Assembly (NCBI GenBank): GCA_028534125.1
Contig: CM052818.1
Location: forward strand, 28,336,001 to 28,400,000
From: Lama glama
Taxonomy: Eukaryota
Reading direction: 5' to 3'
DNA length: 64,000 nt
A model generated the notes under the pieces. It was given only the letters and a program-made list of their open reading frames with translations, had not been told where the DNA came from and made no database searches. A program made the translations under genes and the position numbers. Below, in pieces: positions 50,725-64,000 of this stretch. Numbering within the stretch: the stretch's first letter is position 1; every line of letters starts with the position of its first letter.

Positions 50725-53700
50725 GAATAGAGATTATTTTTCACGACAGCTCACATTCACAGAGAAAGTAAGCCAACACCACCACTGAATAAAGCTTCCC
50801 CTATTATTAACATCCTACACTAACATGGTATTTTTGTTTCAATTAATGGACCAATACTGATAATCAAGTCCCTAGGTTATTCAGAGACTGTTTAAACCAT
50901 TTTCTTAGTTTTTACCCAATACCCTCTTTCTGTTTCAGAATCCCATCCAGCATAACACATTGCATTTCTATCTCAAGTCTCCTTAGCCTCCTTGAGGCCG
51001 TGATAATTTTTTAGATTTTCCTTGCTTCTGATGACCTCAACAGTTTTGAGAAGTACTGGTCAGTTAGTATATAGGATAATCCTCTACTGAAATTAATCTG
51101 ATGTAGACTGAGGTTATGGGTTTTGGAAAGGGAGAACATACATGTTAAGTACAATTTTTATCACATCATATCGAGAGTACTTGTTATCAACATGACTAAC
51201 GACTACTGATACTGATCTTGATCTCCTGGCTGAAGATGCAGTTGTCAGATTTCTCTGCTATGGTTACCCTTCTCTTATCACTGTACTCCTCAGAAGGAAG
51301 TAACTAAAAGTAGCCCACACTTAAGAAGCAGAGGTTTATGCTCATCTTCACTTAGGCAGAGTAGCTACATAATTTATTTTCAATTCTTGTGCATAGGAGT
51401 TTTGTCTTTTCTCTACCATTTATTAATTTATTTAATCTCTTTGTATCAGCATGAGCTCATGACCATTTTTTTCATATTCACCAGTTATAACCCAACAGTA
51501 CTTTATTTCGTTGGTCAAGCTGTTCAAGTTTTGGGCATGGGGAGTTCTTTCCATTTGCTCCTGTTCCCCTTGACATATGCCTTTACTTTTTTTTTCTGGA
51601 GCACTTCCTTTCTGGCCCTATAAGATGTCCTGCGATCATCTCATGTGTTTCCTTCCCCAGTCCTAGAACCAGCCATTTCTCCAAGGATCCTTGTATCCTT
51701 TTATTGGAGAATGGCATTAGAAACCAATGTCTAGGTAATAACTGTGTTCATTGCTACTGGTATATCAATTCTCTAGGCACTCTTGTCTGACAGAGCCAAG
51801 AAATATGTGTGTATATGCTAAAACAAATATATACATATATCTTAAATATTTCTATCTACAAACTTTGTATTTTTATTAAATTGAACACGAGGTCTTCCTG
51901 ATACCTTCTTTTATCCATTATGATACAGATCATTCTAGCCTTCTGCCCCACTGATCTCTAAAATTCCACTGCGACAGTGAGAAATCTGTCTGCCACTATC
52001 CACCATTCATTTACCTAGTTCATTATTTCCAGTATGCAGTTCTAACAGTATCAGAACATGGGAAGCAACTTTGTCACTAAAGTTCCTATGTGCACCTCCT
52101 TTTGTTTTTGGTTTTACAGACCATGCCTTTCCAAAGTTACTCAGCACAGCCCTTTCTCATTAAGCACAGTGATGTTGTTTCATTTTAAATACAGTTAGAT
52201 TCTCTTACGATTTACCTTATTTCCCAGGATTCCTCAAACTTCTAGATTTTTTTAAGTGTATATATTAAGATTCATCCACTGGGTTGTAAATTCCTATATA
52301 TTTTTAACAAAGGCATAATTTTATGTATCTACCATTACAGATTCATACAAATAGTTTCACCACCCTAAAAGTCCATTGTACTTCATCACCTTTTTATCCC
52401 CGCTCCTCAAACCTCAAGCAACTGCTGACTTTTTCTTCTGCTGTTTTTATACTTTTGCCTTTTCCAAAATGTAATATAGTTGTATTATATACAGTATATA
52501 GACTTTCAGACTTTTTCCCTGCAGCAATATGCATTTGAGTCCTCAATGTCTTTTTGTAGCTTAATAGCTCATTTCTTTTGTAGCACTGAATAATATTCCA
52601 CTTTATGGATGTAGCAGTTTATTTATTCACCTATTGAATAAAGCTGCTATAAAGATAACTGTGCTTATTTTTATATGGAATTTAAGTTTTCAACTCAGTT
52701 TGGAAAATACCTAGGAGTGTGATTGGAGGATCATGTGGTTAAGACTAGGTGTTGCTTTGTAAGAAATTGCCAACTGACTACCAAAGTGGAGACTCCCCAG
52801 ACAATGAATGAGATTTCCTGTTACATTATATCCTCACTAGCACTTGGTATTATCAGCTTTTTGGATTTTAGCCATTACAATAGATATGTAGTGGTAATAC
52901 TATTTTAATAGGTTCTAATAGTTAGATAGTGATAAGTGTTACTGTTTTCATTGCAATTCCCTAATGAAAAATGATTTGAGTATCTTACAAGTTTTGTGGG
53001 AGATTTTGTTGTATGTTTTTTGCCATGGGTATATCTTCTTTGGTGAGGTGTCTGTTCACATCTTTTATTCATTATTAATTAGGTTGTTTGCTTTCTAATT
53101 GTTGACTTTTAAGAGTTCTTTGTATACTCTGAACACAAGTCCTTTATCAGATATGTGTTTTTCAAACAGATTCTCCCATTCTGTGGCTTGTTTTTATTGT
53201 GGCTGTTATTTTGTCTTTTGTATAGCAAAGTTTTTTAATTACAATTTAATGAAATCCAACTTACCAATTATTTTGCTCATTGATCATGTTTTTGGTGTTG
53301 CACGTAAAAAGTCATCACTAAACCAGAGGCCACCTAGATTTTCTCTAACGTTATCTTCTAAAAATGTATTTTAAATTTAAGTCTATGATCCATTTTAAGT
53401 TAATTTTTGTGAAAGGTTTAAGGTCTGCGCCTGGACTCATTTTTTTTCTTTTTGCACATATAATGTTCCATTGTTTGACATCATTTTTTGAAAAGACTAT
53501 TCCTTCTCTATTGAATTGACTTACCTTCTTTGTAAAGATCAATTGACTATATTTTTGTGGATCACTTTTTTCTGTATTCTCTGTTCGGTTCCACTGATCT
53601 ATGTGTCTATTCTTTTGACAATACCATGCTATGTTGATCATTGTGGCTTTATAGTAAGTCTTAAAGTGGATAATGTCAGACCTCCAACTTTTGTTGTTCC

Positions 53701-56700
53701 TCATCAGTATTGTTCTGGTTATTTTGGGGTTTCTAACTTTCCATGTTAACTTTAGAATCACCTGTCTGATTTTTTTTTCTTGGTTAGTGTGGTTAGAGGT
53801 TTATTAAATTTATCGACCTTTTCAAATAATGAGCTTTTGGTTTCATTGATTTTTCTATCAATTTCCTGTTTCAATTTCATTTACTTCTGCTCTTTTATTT
53901 CTTTTTTCCTGCTTGCCTTAGGCTTAATTGCTTTTTCTCTAGTTTTCTAAGATGAAATGTTATTTTATTGATTTTAGGTCTTTATCCATTTCTAGTATAT
54001 ATATTCAATGATACGAATTTTACTCTAAGCGCTGCTTTCACTTCAGCCCACAAATTTTGATAGATTTTAGAAAAAGAATTTTTAAAACAGAACTTTTATT
54101 TAATTCAAAATAATTTATAGTTTCTCTTGAGATTTATTTTTTTGACTCTTTGTTTAGATGTGTGTTATAAAACTTCAAGTTGCGAGAGGGTTTCCCAATA
54201 TCTTTCTGTTACCAATTTCTAGTTTAAATCCATTCTGGTTTTGGATATTCTGTATGGGTTCTATTCTTTAAGAATTTGTTGATGTATGTTCATGGTATAG
54301 GATGGGGCCTATCTTGGTGAATAATCCGTGTGAACTGGAGAAGAATGTGTATTTGAAGTAGTCTATTCATGTCAATTAGATATAGTTGATTGATGGTGCT
54401 GTTGAGTTCATCTATATCCTTATTGATTTTCTGCCTGCTGGAATTGTCAATTACTGATAGAAGAGTGTAAAAGTCTCCAACTATAATATAAAATTTATCT
54501 ATTTCTCCTTGTAGTTTTTTCAAGTTTTGCCTCATGTATTTTGACACTCTGTTTAAAGTGCATACACAATAAGAATTCTTACATCTTCTTGCAGAATTGG
54601 CCTCATTGCTGTTACGTAGTATCATTCTCTATCCCTCATAATTTTCCTTCCTCTGGATTCTCCATTGTCTAAAACTAATTTAACTACTCCAACTTTCTTT
54701 TGATTAGTGTTAACATGGTGTATCTTTCTCTATAATTTTACTTTTTGTCTATCTGTGTTTTTATATTTAAAATAGGTTTCTTCTAGGTTACATATAGTTG
54801 AGTCTTAGGTTTTTTAATGTGCTCTGACAGTTTCTGTCTTTTAATTGACATATTTAGACTACTGATGTTTAAAGCGATATGATGGATTAATCGCTAGCTT
54901 ATTTGTTATAGTTTTTTATTCGTCACTCCTGTTCTGTTTCCTTTCTTGAGTTTCACACCTTTTCTTGCAATCTCTGGTTTTAATTAAATATTTTATGATT
55001 CCTTTTTTCCTCCTCTCTTAGCATATCAATTATACTTCTTACTTAACTTTTTTTTAGTGGTTGTTTTTGAATTTGCTATATCTATTTACAACTAATCCAT
55101 GTCCTCTTTGAAATTACACTATCTTGCACAAATTACACTTTGTGCATAGAACAAGTACCTAATAACAAATTATTCCCAATTCCTCCCTCTCATTTGTTAT
55201 AACTTTGTTGCCATTCATTTCAGTTATTCATAAGTTATAACCATCAAATAAATCACTGCTGCTATTATTTTGAACAAACTATTATATCTTAGATCAATCG
55301 AGAATAAGAAAAATAAAAGACTTTATTTTACCTTCATTTATTCCTTCTCTAACATTCTTCCTTGCTTCATGTAGATCTGAATTTCTGACCTATGTAATTG
55401 TTAACTTTCTCTATGAAGAACATTTATCCTATAAGAGTAAAGGTAAAATAAAGACTCTTGTGGACAAAAAAAAAGTGTATTTTTATGTTAGTCCTGCCCC
55501 ATAAGAAATATTAAAATAAATCTTCTATATATAGAATTCTATGCTGCTGTTTTGTTTTTTCTTTTCTTTCAACACTTTAAAGATTTCCCTTCACGTTCTT
55601 CTTGCTTGCATGGCTTCTAAAGAGAAACTGATGTAATTCTTATTCATGTTCCTTTGTAGATAAAGTATTCTGCACCCCCTGCTTTCAATATTTTCTCTTT
55701 GTTTTTGGTTTTCTACCATTTGAATAGGATATGTCTGGATATAGTTTTTTTTTTTTAATTTATCCTACGTTGTGTTCTCTGAGCTTCCTGAAACTGTGGT
55801 TTGCTGTGTCATTAATTTTGGAAAATACTTAGCCATTATAATGCCAAGTATCTCCTGTCTTCTTTCTTTCTTTTTCTAGTATTCTAATTTTATGTATGTT
55901 ACTCCTTTTGTAGTTGTCTCATAGTTATGGAAGATTCTGTTCTATTTTTTATTATTTTTTTTCTCTTTTCAATTCAATTGGGTAAGTTTCCACTGATATA
56001 TCTTCAAGTTCATTGATTCCTCAGCCATGTCCAGTCTACTGGTGGGACCATCAAAGGCATTCTTCATTTCTAAAATTATCTTTTGATTCTTTTTTTGAAT
56101 TTCCATCTCTGCTTACATTACATATCTGTTCTTGCATGTTGTCTACTTTATCCATTAGAACCAGTAATACATTAATCATAGTTACTTTTATTCTCTATCT
56201 GATAATTCCAGATCTATATTATATCTGAGTCTGGTTCTGATGCTTGCTTTATCTCTTCAGTCTGTGTTTTTTTCCTTCTTGCTTTTTAGCATATCTTCTG
56301 ATCATCCCGTGGACACAATGTACTGAATAATATAAACTGAAGTAAATGGATCCTTATAATAATCTAGATAGTAGCTGGTTTCTGTTTTGTGGTTGTTACA
56401 ACTCTAGGTGCCAGAGGCTTCAGTTTCTTCTAATGTCCTTGTTTTGTTTTTCATCCCTGTTGCCTTTGAGTTTCACTAAGAACACCTTCTTAAATAGAAT
56501 CAGTGGCTTCCTGCTCTTTTACTTGTAATCTGCTGTTATACTGGAATCTTAAGAAATGGAGGAGAATAGTAGTTTATGATTTTATGATTAAACCTCAGTT
56601 ATTTTTGTGGGCTTATGTTGCAGGGCTGTGACCTTTGGAATTTGAGTGTTTCTTAGCTTTATTCTTCTATTCTTAAATCAGACAGGTAGGCTAGAAGGGA

Positions 56701-57256
56701 CTAAACTTTTCTTTCCTTTAGGTAGAAAACTGCCCTTCCTTCAGGTAGATAAGATTCAGTTGCCTTGGAGTGGGTAGGCCTTTGTGTTCAAGAATGTTAT
56801 TGGTATATTCTGAAATTGTTAGTTTTCCCCTCCACCTGCCTGAAACCACAGGAGATTTTTCTAGGATCTTTACCATGAGAATTTAGGAAGGTGGTTCACG
56901 GACGTGAAACTGACAAAAAGTATAGCCTTCCCCAATTCCACCACAGTCAGGGAGCAGAGGAACATCTCACTCTCAAGCAAATCCACACTCAGCATCTAGT
57001 AATTCATCAAAATTAGCATGTACGTGCTCTTACTAGTTAATGGCTCTAAGAATTTCTCCACTAGGTAAGTTGATCTCAGGAGTAATTCTCTGTATTCACT
57101 TGTTTTATCCAGCTTATCAAGTAACAATGGTTTGTGACCTAAATTCTCTGATAGGCCTAATCAAACTAGTCTATTTTTATTTTGTTCAACTTTTTTCTTG
57201 TAATGACAAGAACAATGCCTTCCAAACTCTTTGTATATTGAAGCTGAAACAAAATC
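50725..57256 (-). mobile_element. Near full-length L1MD-like LINE-1 with internal deletions
   Basis: L1MD-type 3' UTR (cagaatcccatccagcataacacattgcattt...gatgacctcaacagttttgagaagtactggtcag); ORF2 remnants 53351..53761 (YYKATMINIAWY...HIDQWNRTEN) and 54290..54625 (IIVGDFYTLLSVID); 5' terminus ttccaaactctttgtatattgaagctgaaac. Confidence 0.9.
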
Positions 57257-57549
57257 CTATTCTCAAGGGCAGTACTTTTAAAACTGCCTCACTGCTGTAT
57301 AGCATTAATTCTATTGATCCTGAACTTTTAGGGACCTGGTAACTGGTAGATTTGAGACTTTTACTCAGTCTCTAAACCACGTCTGCATTCTTCTTCCTCA
57401 GTAATTCTCAACAACAAATATTGTTTAAATAAAATAATTCTTAGAATGGACACTGGATGTAGACAATCTGTAGGGCAGTAGTAGATAATAGGTAGATAGA
57501 TAGCTGATTACTAATTAAATAGATAGATCAATTGATTTCCTAACTGAAT

Positions 57550-57710
57550 GGCTTTTGGAGTTGAATCCATTCAAGTCTTAATTGCATAGATAGGAAACAG
57601 ATCTGTTGAGAGGAAACAATTTCTCTTAGTCCCTATCAAATAGCTCAGCCTGGACTAGAATTTAAACTTCTTCCCTTCCAATTTAATTCTTGTTCCAAGG
57701 CCCTGTGCTG
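57550..57710 (-). mobile_element. MIR fragment
   Basis: gcatagataggaaacagatctg...ggactagaatttaaac. Confidence 0.5.
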
Positions 57711-58769
57711 TCACTCAAGATTGTCTGGGTGTCTTTTGTTAATTTTCTATTAATTTTTCCCGACCCTTCTCTTAAGGTATGCACAAAGAAACTTATATGT
57801 AGTTTTACTTTATCATTATAAACACCTGCACAGTACCTGAAAGAGAATATAACATCAAAGTGAGTTTCTTCTCAAGTAAAAATGAACATACAAAATTCCC
57901 ATTCTGATTTAGAAATTCAAAAAAACTACAGCATTAGGCAAGAAATGGGAACCCATTACATAGTCCTTTAAAAGAAGACTATGAAGAATTAAGCCTAAAA
58001 CAGTATTGCAGTCCTTCCTGTAGTTTCATTTATATAATGCACAAAATCTTATTTCCATTAAAACATTTCTATTATCGCAGACCTTATTTGCATTAATGAG
58101 GGCTAGGAATTTTGTAAAATAAAGGAGCTTGCTTTCTCTTTATTATTCCTTGTAAATGTGTGTGTATTATATTTTTTTAATTTAATATATAACATATATG
58201 TATATATGTATGCATATGCACGTATACAATGAATACACATAATTCATATTATAGACTGTTTCCTAGGAACTTTTATTTTAATAATGGGATAACTCTCCAT
58301 TCCAATGATTGCTTTTTTTTCCTGATGCATTAAAAGCCTTAAAACATCAGTGGAAAAAATTGAGTTGTATTTCTTTAAGTGTGGAAAGTGCCCAGCTATC
58401 AAGCTGGTGTCCTGGAGTTTTATCTGAAATACAACTCAAAACTGAAAGTGGGTTCAGGTGTATGGCAGAACTCTCTTGGGCTGCAAAATGTGAAAAAAGA
58501 GAATGAGGAGTGGGTCCAGGAGCAAAGACAGTCACAAGAATCACGAAAATGCAGGGGAGAAAAACTACTCAAAAATTTTCAGGAAAGAAAAAAAAATATT
58601 ATGACCGTGTATTGCAAAGAGAAAAGGTTAGTTTAGAAGGAAAAACTGCAGAAGTTTCCTGAGGCTCCTTGGCATTGTAGCAGGTTTCCCTTATGGATTG
58701 TCTTCAGTCTTTGGGACCATCTTTAAAAAAAAAATTTTAAAAGCTGATTCTTAAACAAATGGTATTCTA

Positions 58770-59400
58770 TTTTCAATTTTCAAATTTTTTGAGATGTACC
58801 TCTTCCTCCAAGTAGCAAGATTCTACTATAATTTTACATAATTTATTTTAAATCTACCTCCCCTATTGATTGGACTTTGGTCCTTTAGACAAGGAGATTA
58901 TTTTATCTTATTTTATTTTATTTTCACTTCCTCAGTATACCATAAAGAATGCCAAAGATAAAGTAAGAATATGGTAAATGCTAACTAAATGAATCTCTAC
59001 CATCACATTTCTCAATCTTTAAAATTCAGGTTTCACTATAACAAACATAACGACAACCTCAATATACACATACCTTCAACTAATGGAGACTTGAAAACTC
59101 CTCATACCCCTCACCCATACTGCCTGGACTTCTAACTTTTTATGTCTATTTTAATTGCTACACTGTCAACAAAATAATTTATTCAAAGTGTGAATTTTAG
59201 CGTGTCATGTCCTGCTTTAAAGTATACAATGGCTTCCCTTTGCTCTTAGGAAAAACTTACTTTTGCCCACGTAAGGTGCCTGCCTCATTTGCCTGTACCA
59301 TTTGGCCCACTGCTCCCCAATGCTCAACATTACATTTCTAACACTAAAAGTGGAAAAGAAGTGCCTGATACACTTGATAAATATCTGCTGAATTAATGTT
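58770..59400 (+). mobile_element. L2 fragments
   Basis: ctattgattggactttg...ggtaaatgctaactaaatgaat; caatggcttcccttgctcttagg-like motif...ataaatatctgctgaattaatg. Confidence 0.5.
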
Positions 59401-59844
59401 ATGGAAGCAAATAATAATCTTCCTTTAGAAATACTTATATCATTTAAATTCAAGTTACCAACATAGAGAAAAAAAAGTCAAGTCCTAAACAAATTTACCT
59501 TAATGTGAAATGGAGGTTCCTTATCTGAGAGAGAAATCCAAGTAAAGAGAAAACCCCATGGCCCTTTCTATCCCTGGGTCCTCCATTATTAACTTACATT
59601 TCATTGTGGGTCAGAATACCTGGGACTGAATTTGCTCCCTTGTTTACATGTTCAGTGAACTTGGACTGCACTAAGCCTCCCTGTTTAATTTTCTTTTCTT
59701 TAAAATAATTACAATAAATAATGTCTACAAAACTATCACTATATCATATAGCTGTACTAAGATACAAATTATTCAATATACTAGTCCCTAAAGTATTTCA
59801 TTTACTTAGTGTTAGGTACAATTATTTCCTTTCTCTTTTCTACT

Positions 59845-60540
59845 CATGCATTCATTCCACACTTAACAAATAACTATTTTTTTATGATTACACACACACA
59901 TACATACATGTATATACACAGGCACATATGTATGTATATATATTTGTATATATAATCTCAATTTGAGGATTCAAAGGTGAAAAGCAACATAACCTTTTTT
60001 TCTCAAGAAATGTCTTCTCTGACACAAAATATACAGACAAACACACAAAAGCCAATGACCTGACATACTAGAGGATAAGGTGACACATAGTACAAAGCAC
60101 ACAGTGAACTAGGGAGAGTTCTGCCAGGACTCACCAACAAGTCTTCACAGAGAAATTACGTGATTAAAATGAACCTTGACAGAGAAACAAGAGAGAATGC
60201 TTGAAAGAAGCCATATTCCATGCAGGTAGAGAAGAGGGGAAATCCTAGAATGCTTTCACAACAAACTTAAATGTTTGAACATGATCTCATAGGCAACAGA
60301 AATTGTCGCAGAGTTTTAAGCTGAAAACTCAATGATACATATCTATGCTTCTGAGAAATCCCTCTGCTTTTGTAGACTAAAATACACTGAAAGGTGCAAA
60401 AGTAAAGGCAGGAAGGTCAGCTAGGAAACAACTACAAAATCAGGATGAGATAAGATGATTTTGGAATAAGGGCAGTAGTCCTGGGAATGTACTGAAGGGA
60501 AATACAAAGGTTGGGAAGGTGGGATCTGAGGATTTGGTAC
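59845..60540 (-). mobile_element. L2 fragment with an internal (CA)/(TA) microsatellite
   Basis: tcatgcattcattcc...gagttttaagc...aaggcaggaaggtcagctaggaa. Confidence 0.6.
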
Positions 60541-60554
60541 TGTCTTTTCCATCT

Positions 60555-60840
60555 GCCTTCTTAGTCTGCTATGGATACCATAATAAAATACCACAGATTG
60601 GATGCCTTAAACAACAGAAAGTTATCTTCTCACAGTTCTGAAGGCTAAAAGTCCAAGATCAAGGCGCCAGCAAAGTTGGCTTCTCATGGGGCCTCTCTCC
60701 AAACATGGTCTTTTCTCTATGTGCAGATACTCTTGGTATTTCTTCTTTTTCTTATAAGGACAATAATTCCATTGAATTAGAGCCCCACACTTACAACCTC
60801 ATTTAACTTCTTAAACCCCTATAACCCTATATAGTCACAC
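60555..60840 (-). mobile_element. MaLR LTR (MLT1B-like), truncated
   Basis: aaaataccacagattggatgccttaaacaacagaaa...tcttataaggaca...cctcatttaac...tatagtcaca. Confidence 0.85.
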
Positions 60841-63109
60841 AAAAAATTCTCAGCCCCTTTTCTCCTCTTTGGCTATCTTCATTTGGACTCTTTCACCATA
60901 TCTTTTGCCATGTTTTATATCCTTTGCTCCCATTTCATGTAACCTTTTCTCATCTTCTAAACCACATGCTCTTTCTCCTCATGTAAGCCCTGAAATCATA
61001 TCTATTGTTATTTTCTCTGGCTATCTACTCCTAAACTTTTCTTCTTTCTTCTACTATCTTGTAAGGAATTGAGTGGAAACAAGAGTTGATGTTGGGTCAA
61101 GAAAGGGAATTTGAGGGAGCTGAAAATGCTAATTCATAATACCAATTTCTTAGGAGTATAGATCAACCAACTTAAATTATCTTTTCAGTTCTTTTATTAG
61201 ATAGTCTAAGTAATTGTCTAGAATCACCAGGATTTTTTTTAAAGCAAAAACAAAATTAAAAACTAATGCATCAGGAGAATGAAACTTTCTGATATAGACA
61301 TGAAACCAAAGCTTATTTATTTATGTACAGATCATAGGAAACAATTATGTCCTTAACTCAGCAGTGAGCTAGTTCAATAGTTATGGCTTATTCAGGATTT
61401 TTTCATGCTTTGTTAACAAGCCATTAGCACCACTACCAGTTCATTAGTTCTGACTTTGATAAACACTTCCTCAAGCCTCACTATTGTTCAAAAGATTTGT
61501 AATCACAATAGGATATTTGAGAATAGTCAGATTAGGACATAAACCCATCCAAATCAGGTATGGCGGGGAATATGCTTATAGAGATGTTCCTAAAAAAGAA
61601 TAACTTTAACACATCATCAAAATGATCTAAGATAAGGTTGCATATAGAATTAAGAATGTCTTATAATGGCTTAATTTTTTTCTTTTCTTTTCTTCCTGAG
61701 CTCAGTTCTCACATTCTGTCATTTTGTTGTTGTTGATGATGATGATGATGATAATGACATAAGGTCCTTGATTAACTTTAAGACAAATATTTTAAATAAT
61801 TATTTTCAAATGACTGTTCTTCATCTGTCATTGGCCTTTCATGTTGCTGCCTTCTTCCCCTTCTCTTTCTCCTTCTTCTCAATCTCTTCTTCCTCCTCCT
61901 CTTGCTTCTTCTGCATAGTCATCCTCCCAGAAATGTATTATACATGCATAGTATTTGTGTAAGTTTATTTTTTGTACATTACTCTTCAAGTAGAATCAGG
62001 GCTATTCAGTCCTGATAGCAAACAATGGTTCAAGAATACAGGGTTAAAAGAGAGAGATCATAAATTTAAGCTTGACACTATTTCAACTAGGAAATCAGTT
62101 TCTCATCATAACACTCCTGCTTCTTTGGAATTTCATATTTTACATGAGGTCAGTGAGGTTTTTTCTGATGCCACAGCTTCACAGATTGTTTGATGATATG
62201 AAACATTTATTTCTGCTTAGCTGAAGCATTAACACTTGCTTTCTTTCCTTCTTCCAACTCTTCTTATCTTGCTATCATTTCCCCTGCTTAGAACTCTGGA
62301 TTAGAGAAAATAAAGATGGCATATTTGTGTAGTTCATCCTCTGGCCCATCTTCCCATAACATTTAGTAGAGTGTAGTAAGTTATAGGGATACTTCTGACT
62401 TTGCTTAATTCCCATAGATGTCTTCAGTCTCTAGTGATCAAAGCAGAAGATAATTTGTGTGATCTTTCAGGAAACATCTGTTCTCTACTCCAGTGTTGGT
62501 ATTAATCAAATCTGACTGTCCTCTTCAAATTGGACTAATTTATACTCTTTTGGGTCCATACTCTGTATTTTCTTGTAATTTGAAGTTTTTATAATTTCAT
62601 GGTTCTATTAGAAATTTTATTGATTTCCTACATGGCTTGTCTTATATTTTTAACTATATTTTGATGTGGTGGCTTAAATCCACTAATTTTTACCTAAAAT
62701 CCACCAAAACAGTCAGTTAACTGTCAAGTTAACTGTTGAATGCTTGAGACATTGCAGGAAGTTTAGATATAGTAGCTTTTCAATAAGTGGATATTAATTA
62801 ATTAATCAAAAATCAGCAATTTGGCAATTCAGCAAACTTCTTAGAGTCACTGTATCCTAGTGATTCAGCTACACTGGCTCAGTCCCTTCTTCTTTCTTTT
62901 GCACTCTAGGTATGATTTCCATTTATCAATCGGTGATATTAAGAACTTGGGAATGAATTCACATGGAATCAAGCTACACTCATTCAGCAAGAAGCAAATT
63001 CTGTTGAATATCATCACTCATAAATAAATAAAAAATCTTACTGATATTAGTACTGGGGTAATATCTTGATTATGTGTTTTTTATTTTTATTTTCAAAGTT
63101 CTCTTATAC

Positions 63110-63235
63110 TTTTGATATTTGATTCACTACAGCTCTAAGGCAGATAAGGATAGTGTAATTGTTGTCATTTAGAAACCGGGAAACAGAGTCAAGAAGTGTT
63201 TAAGTGACATATATAAGGTTATAGAACTAGTAGCC
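63110..63235 (-). mobile_element. MIR fragment
   Basis: ggggaaacagagtcaagaagtgtttaagtgac...aaggttatagaactagta. Confidence 0.55.
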
Positions 63236-63427
63236 AAAATATTCATTTAGTATATTCTTTTGGGGAATAATTAATAACCAGTTATAAGTAGAAATGGCTT
63301 TTCTTTGTATTTTTCTCCCAACCATCTAATAGTTACTAGAGAAATAATGAAATGTAGAAGTAATTACAAAAATACTATGGAAATACTCACTATTTGAAAT
63401 TACAGCAATATACTGTTCTTTAAAATT

Positions 63428-63678
63428 GTTTTCTGAAGTGTAGTTGATTTATAATGTTAGTTTCAGCTGTACAGCAAAGTGATTCAGTTATACATATACA
63501 CATATATATTTTTTCTTTTCAGATTCTTTTCCATTATATGTTATTATGAGAAATTTAATATAATTCCCTGTGCTGTACAGTATGTCCTTGTTGTTTATCT
63601 ATTTTATATATAGTAATGTGTGTCTGTTAATCCTCAACCCCTTATTTATCCTTCCCAGCCTTTTCTCCTTTGAGTAAT
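63428..63678 (-). mobile_element. 5'-truncated L1 3' UTR (artiodactyl-type)
   Basis: tgaagtgtagttgatttataatgttagtttcagctgtacagcaaagtgattcag...ttccctgtgctgtacagta. Confidence 0.88.
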
Positions 63679-64000
63679 ACATTCTTCAAAAAAAAAAATC
63701 AGATGTCATCTGTGGAGACTACTTGATAAAACTGTATCTAGACAACTTTAGTATTAATATTCAAGGAATCATATTATGTATTATCATGTACAGAGAAAAG
63801 ATATATGGTCAAAATTCAATAAATAATTATATAAAAGACAAGTAATTCAGTTAAAGAATTGATATAGATGATTAAATCTTCCAATATTTTATATAAAATA
63901 GCTTATTCTACAATTTTATATGTCACTAACAAAATTACATATTGTTTCTCTAAGGAACATTTTTATACTTTACCTACTTTGTTGATTTGTTGCTATGCTC

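Noticed and set aside
55112..55146. Short aaattacact duplication with an 8-bp hairpin in L1MD
   Set aside because: Too short to separate from background slippage
62885..63035. Plus-strand acceptor followed by a 38-codon frame and AATAAA
   Set aside because: Peptide unrecognised, AATAAA lies in an A-rich run, no supporting upstream exon
1..64000. Plus-strand excess of L1/LTR elements as proof of a minus-strand host gene
   Set aside because: Few elements and several counter-examples (L1MD, MER21, MLT1 on minus); suggestive at most

Overview
AT-rich, CpG-depleted, repeat-dense mammalian genomic DNA, intronic or intergenic. A tRNA-derived SINE at ~10.1-10.2 kb and the L1 3' tails resemble camelid (alpaca/camel) elements as I recall them; this species call is an inference. 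I can support no intact host protein-coding gene, RNA gene or CRISPR array. The recognisable ORFs are decayed LINE-1 ORF2 fragments; most others fall in repeats, low-complexity sequence or the 500-N gap (49046-49545). The window holds L1s of several ages (including a near full-length L1MD-like element on the minus strand), L2, CR1/L3, MIR, ERV1/ERVL/MaLR LTRs and hAT transposons. The best structural finding is a ~450-bp polyadenylated, TSD-flanked insert at 27.3-27.8 kb made of ancient L2 and antisense-L1 pieces, i.e. a retroposed non-coding transcript end or orphan transduction. Also notable: a ~100-bp micro-inversion inside the L1MD, a SINE fused to an L1-type tail, a probable twin-primed L1 at the left edge, a three-layer L1/MaLR/L1 nest, and several minus-strand exon-like segments of unproven status. 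All family names are by-eye matches to remembered consensus sequences and need RepeatMasker/Dfam confirmation; boundaries of old repeats are approximate.
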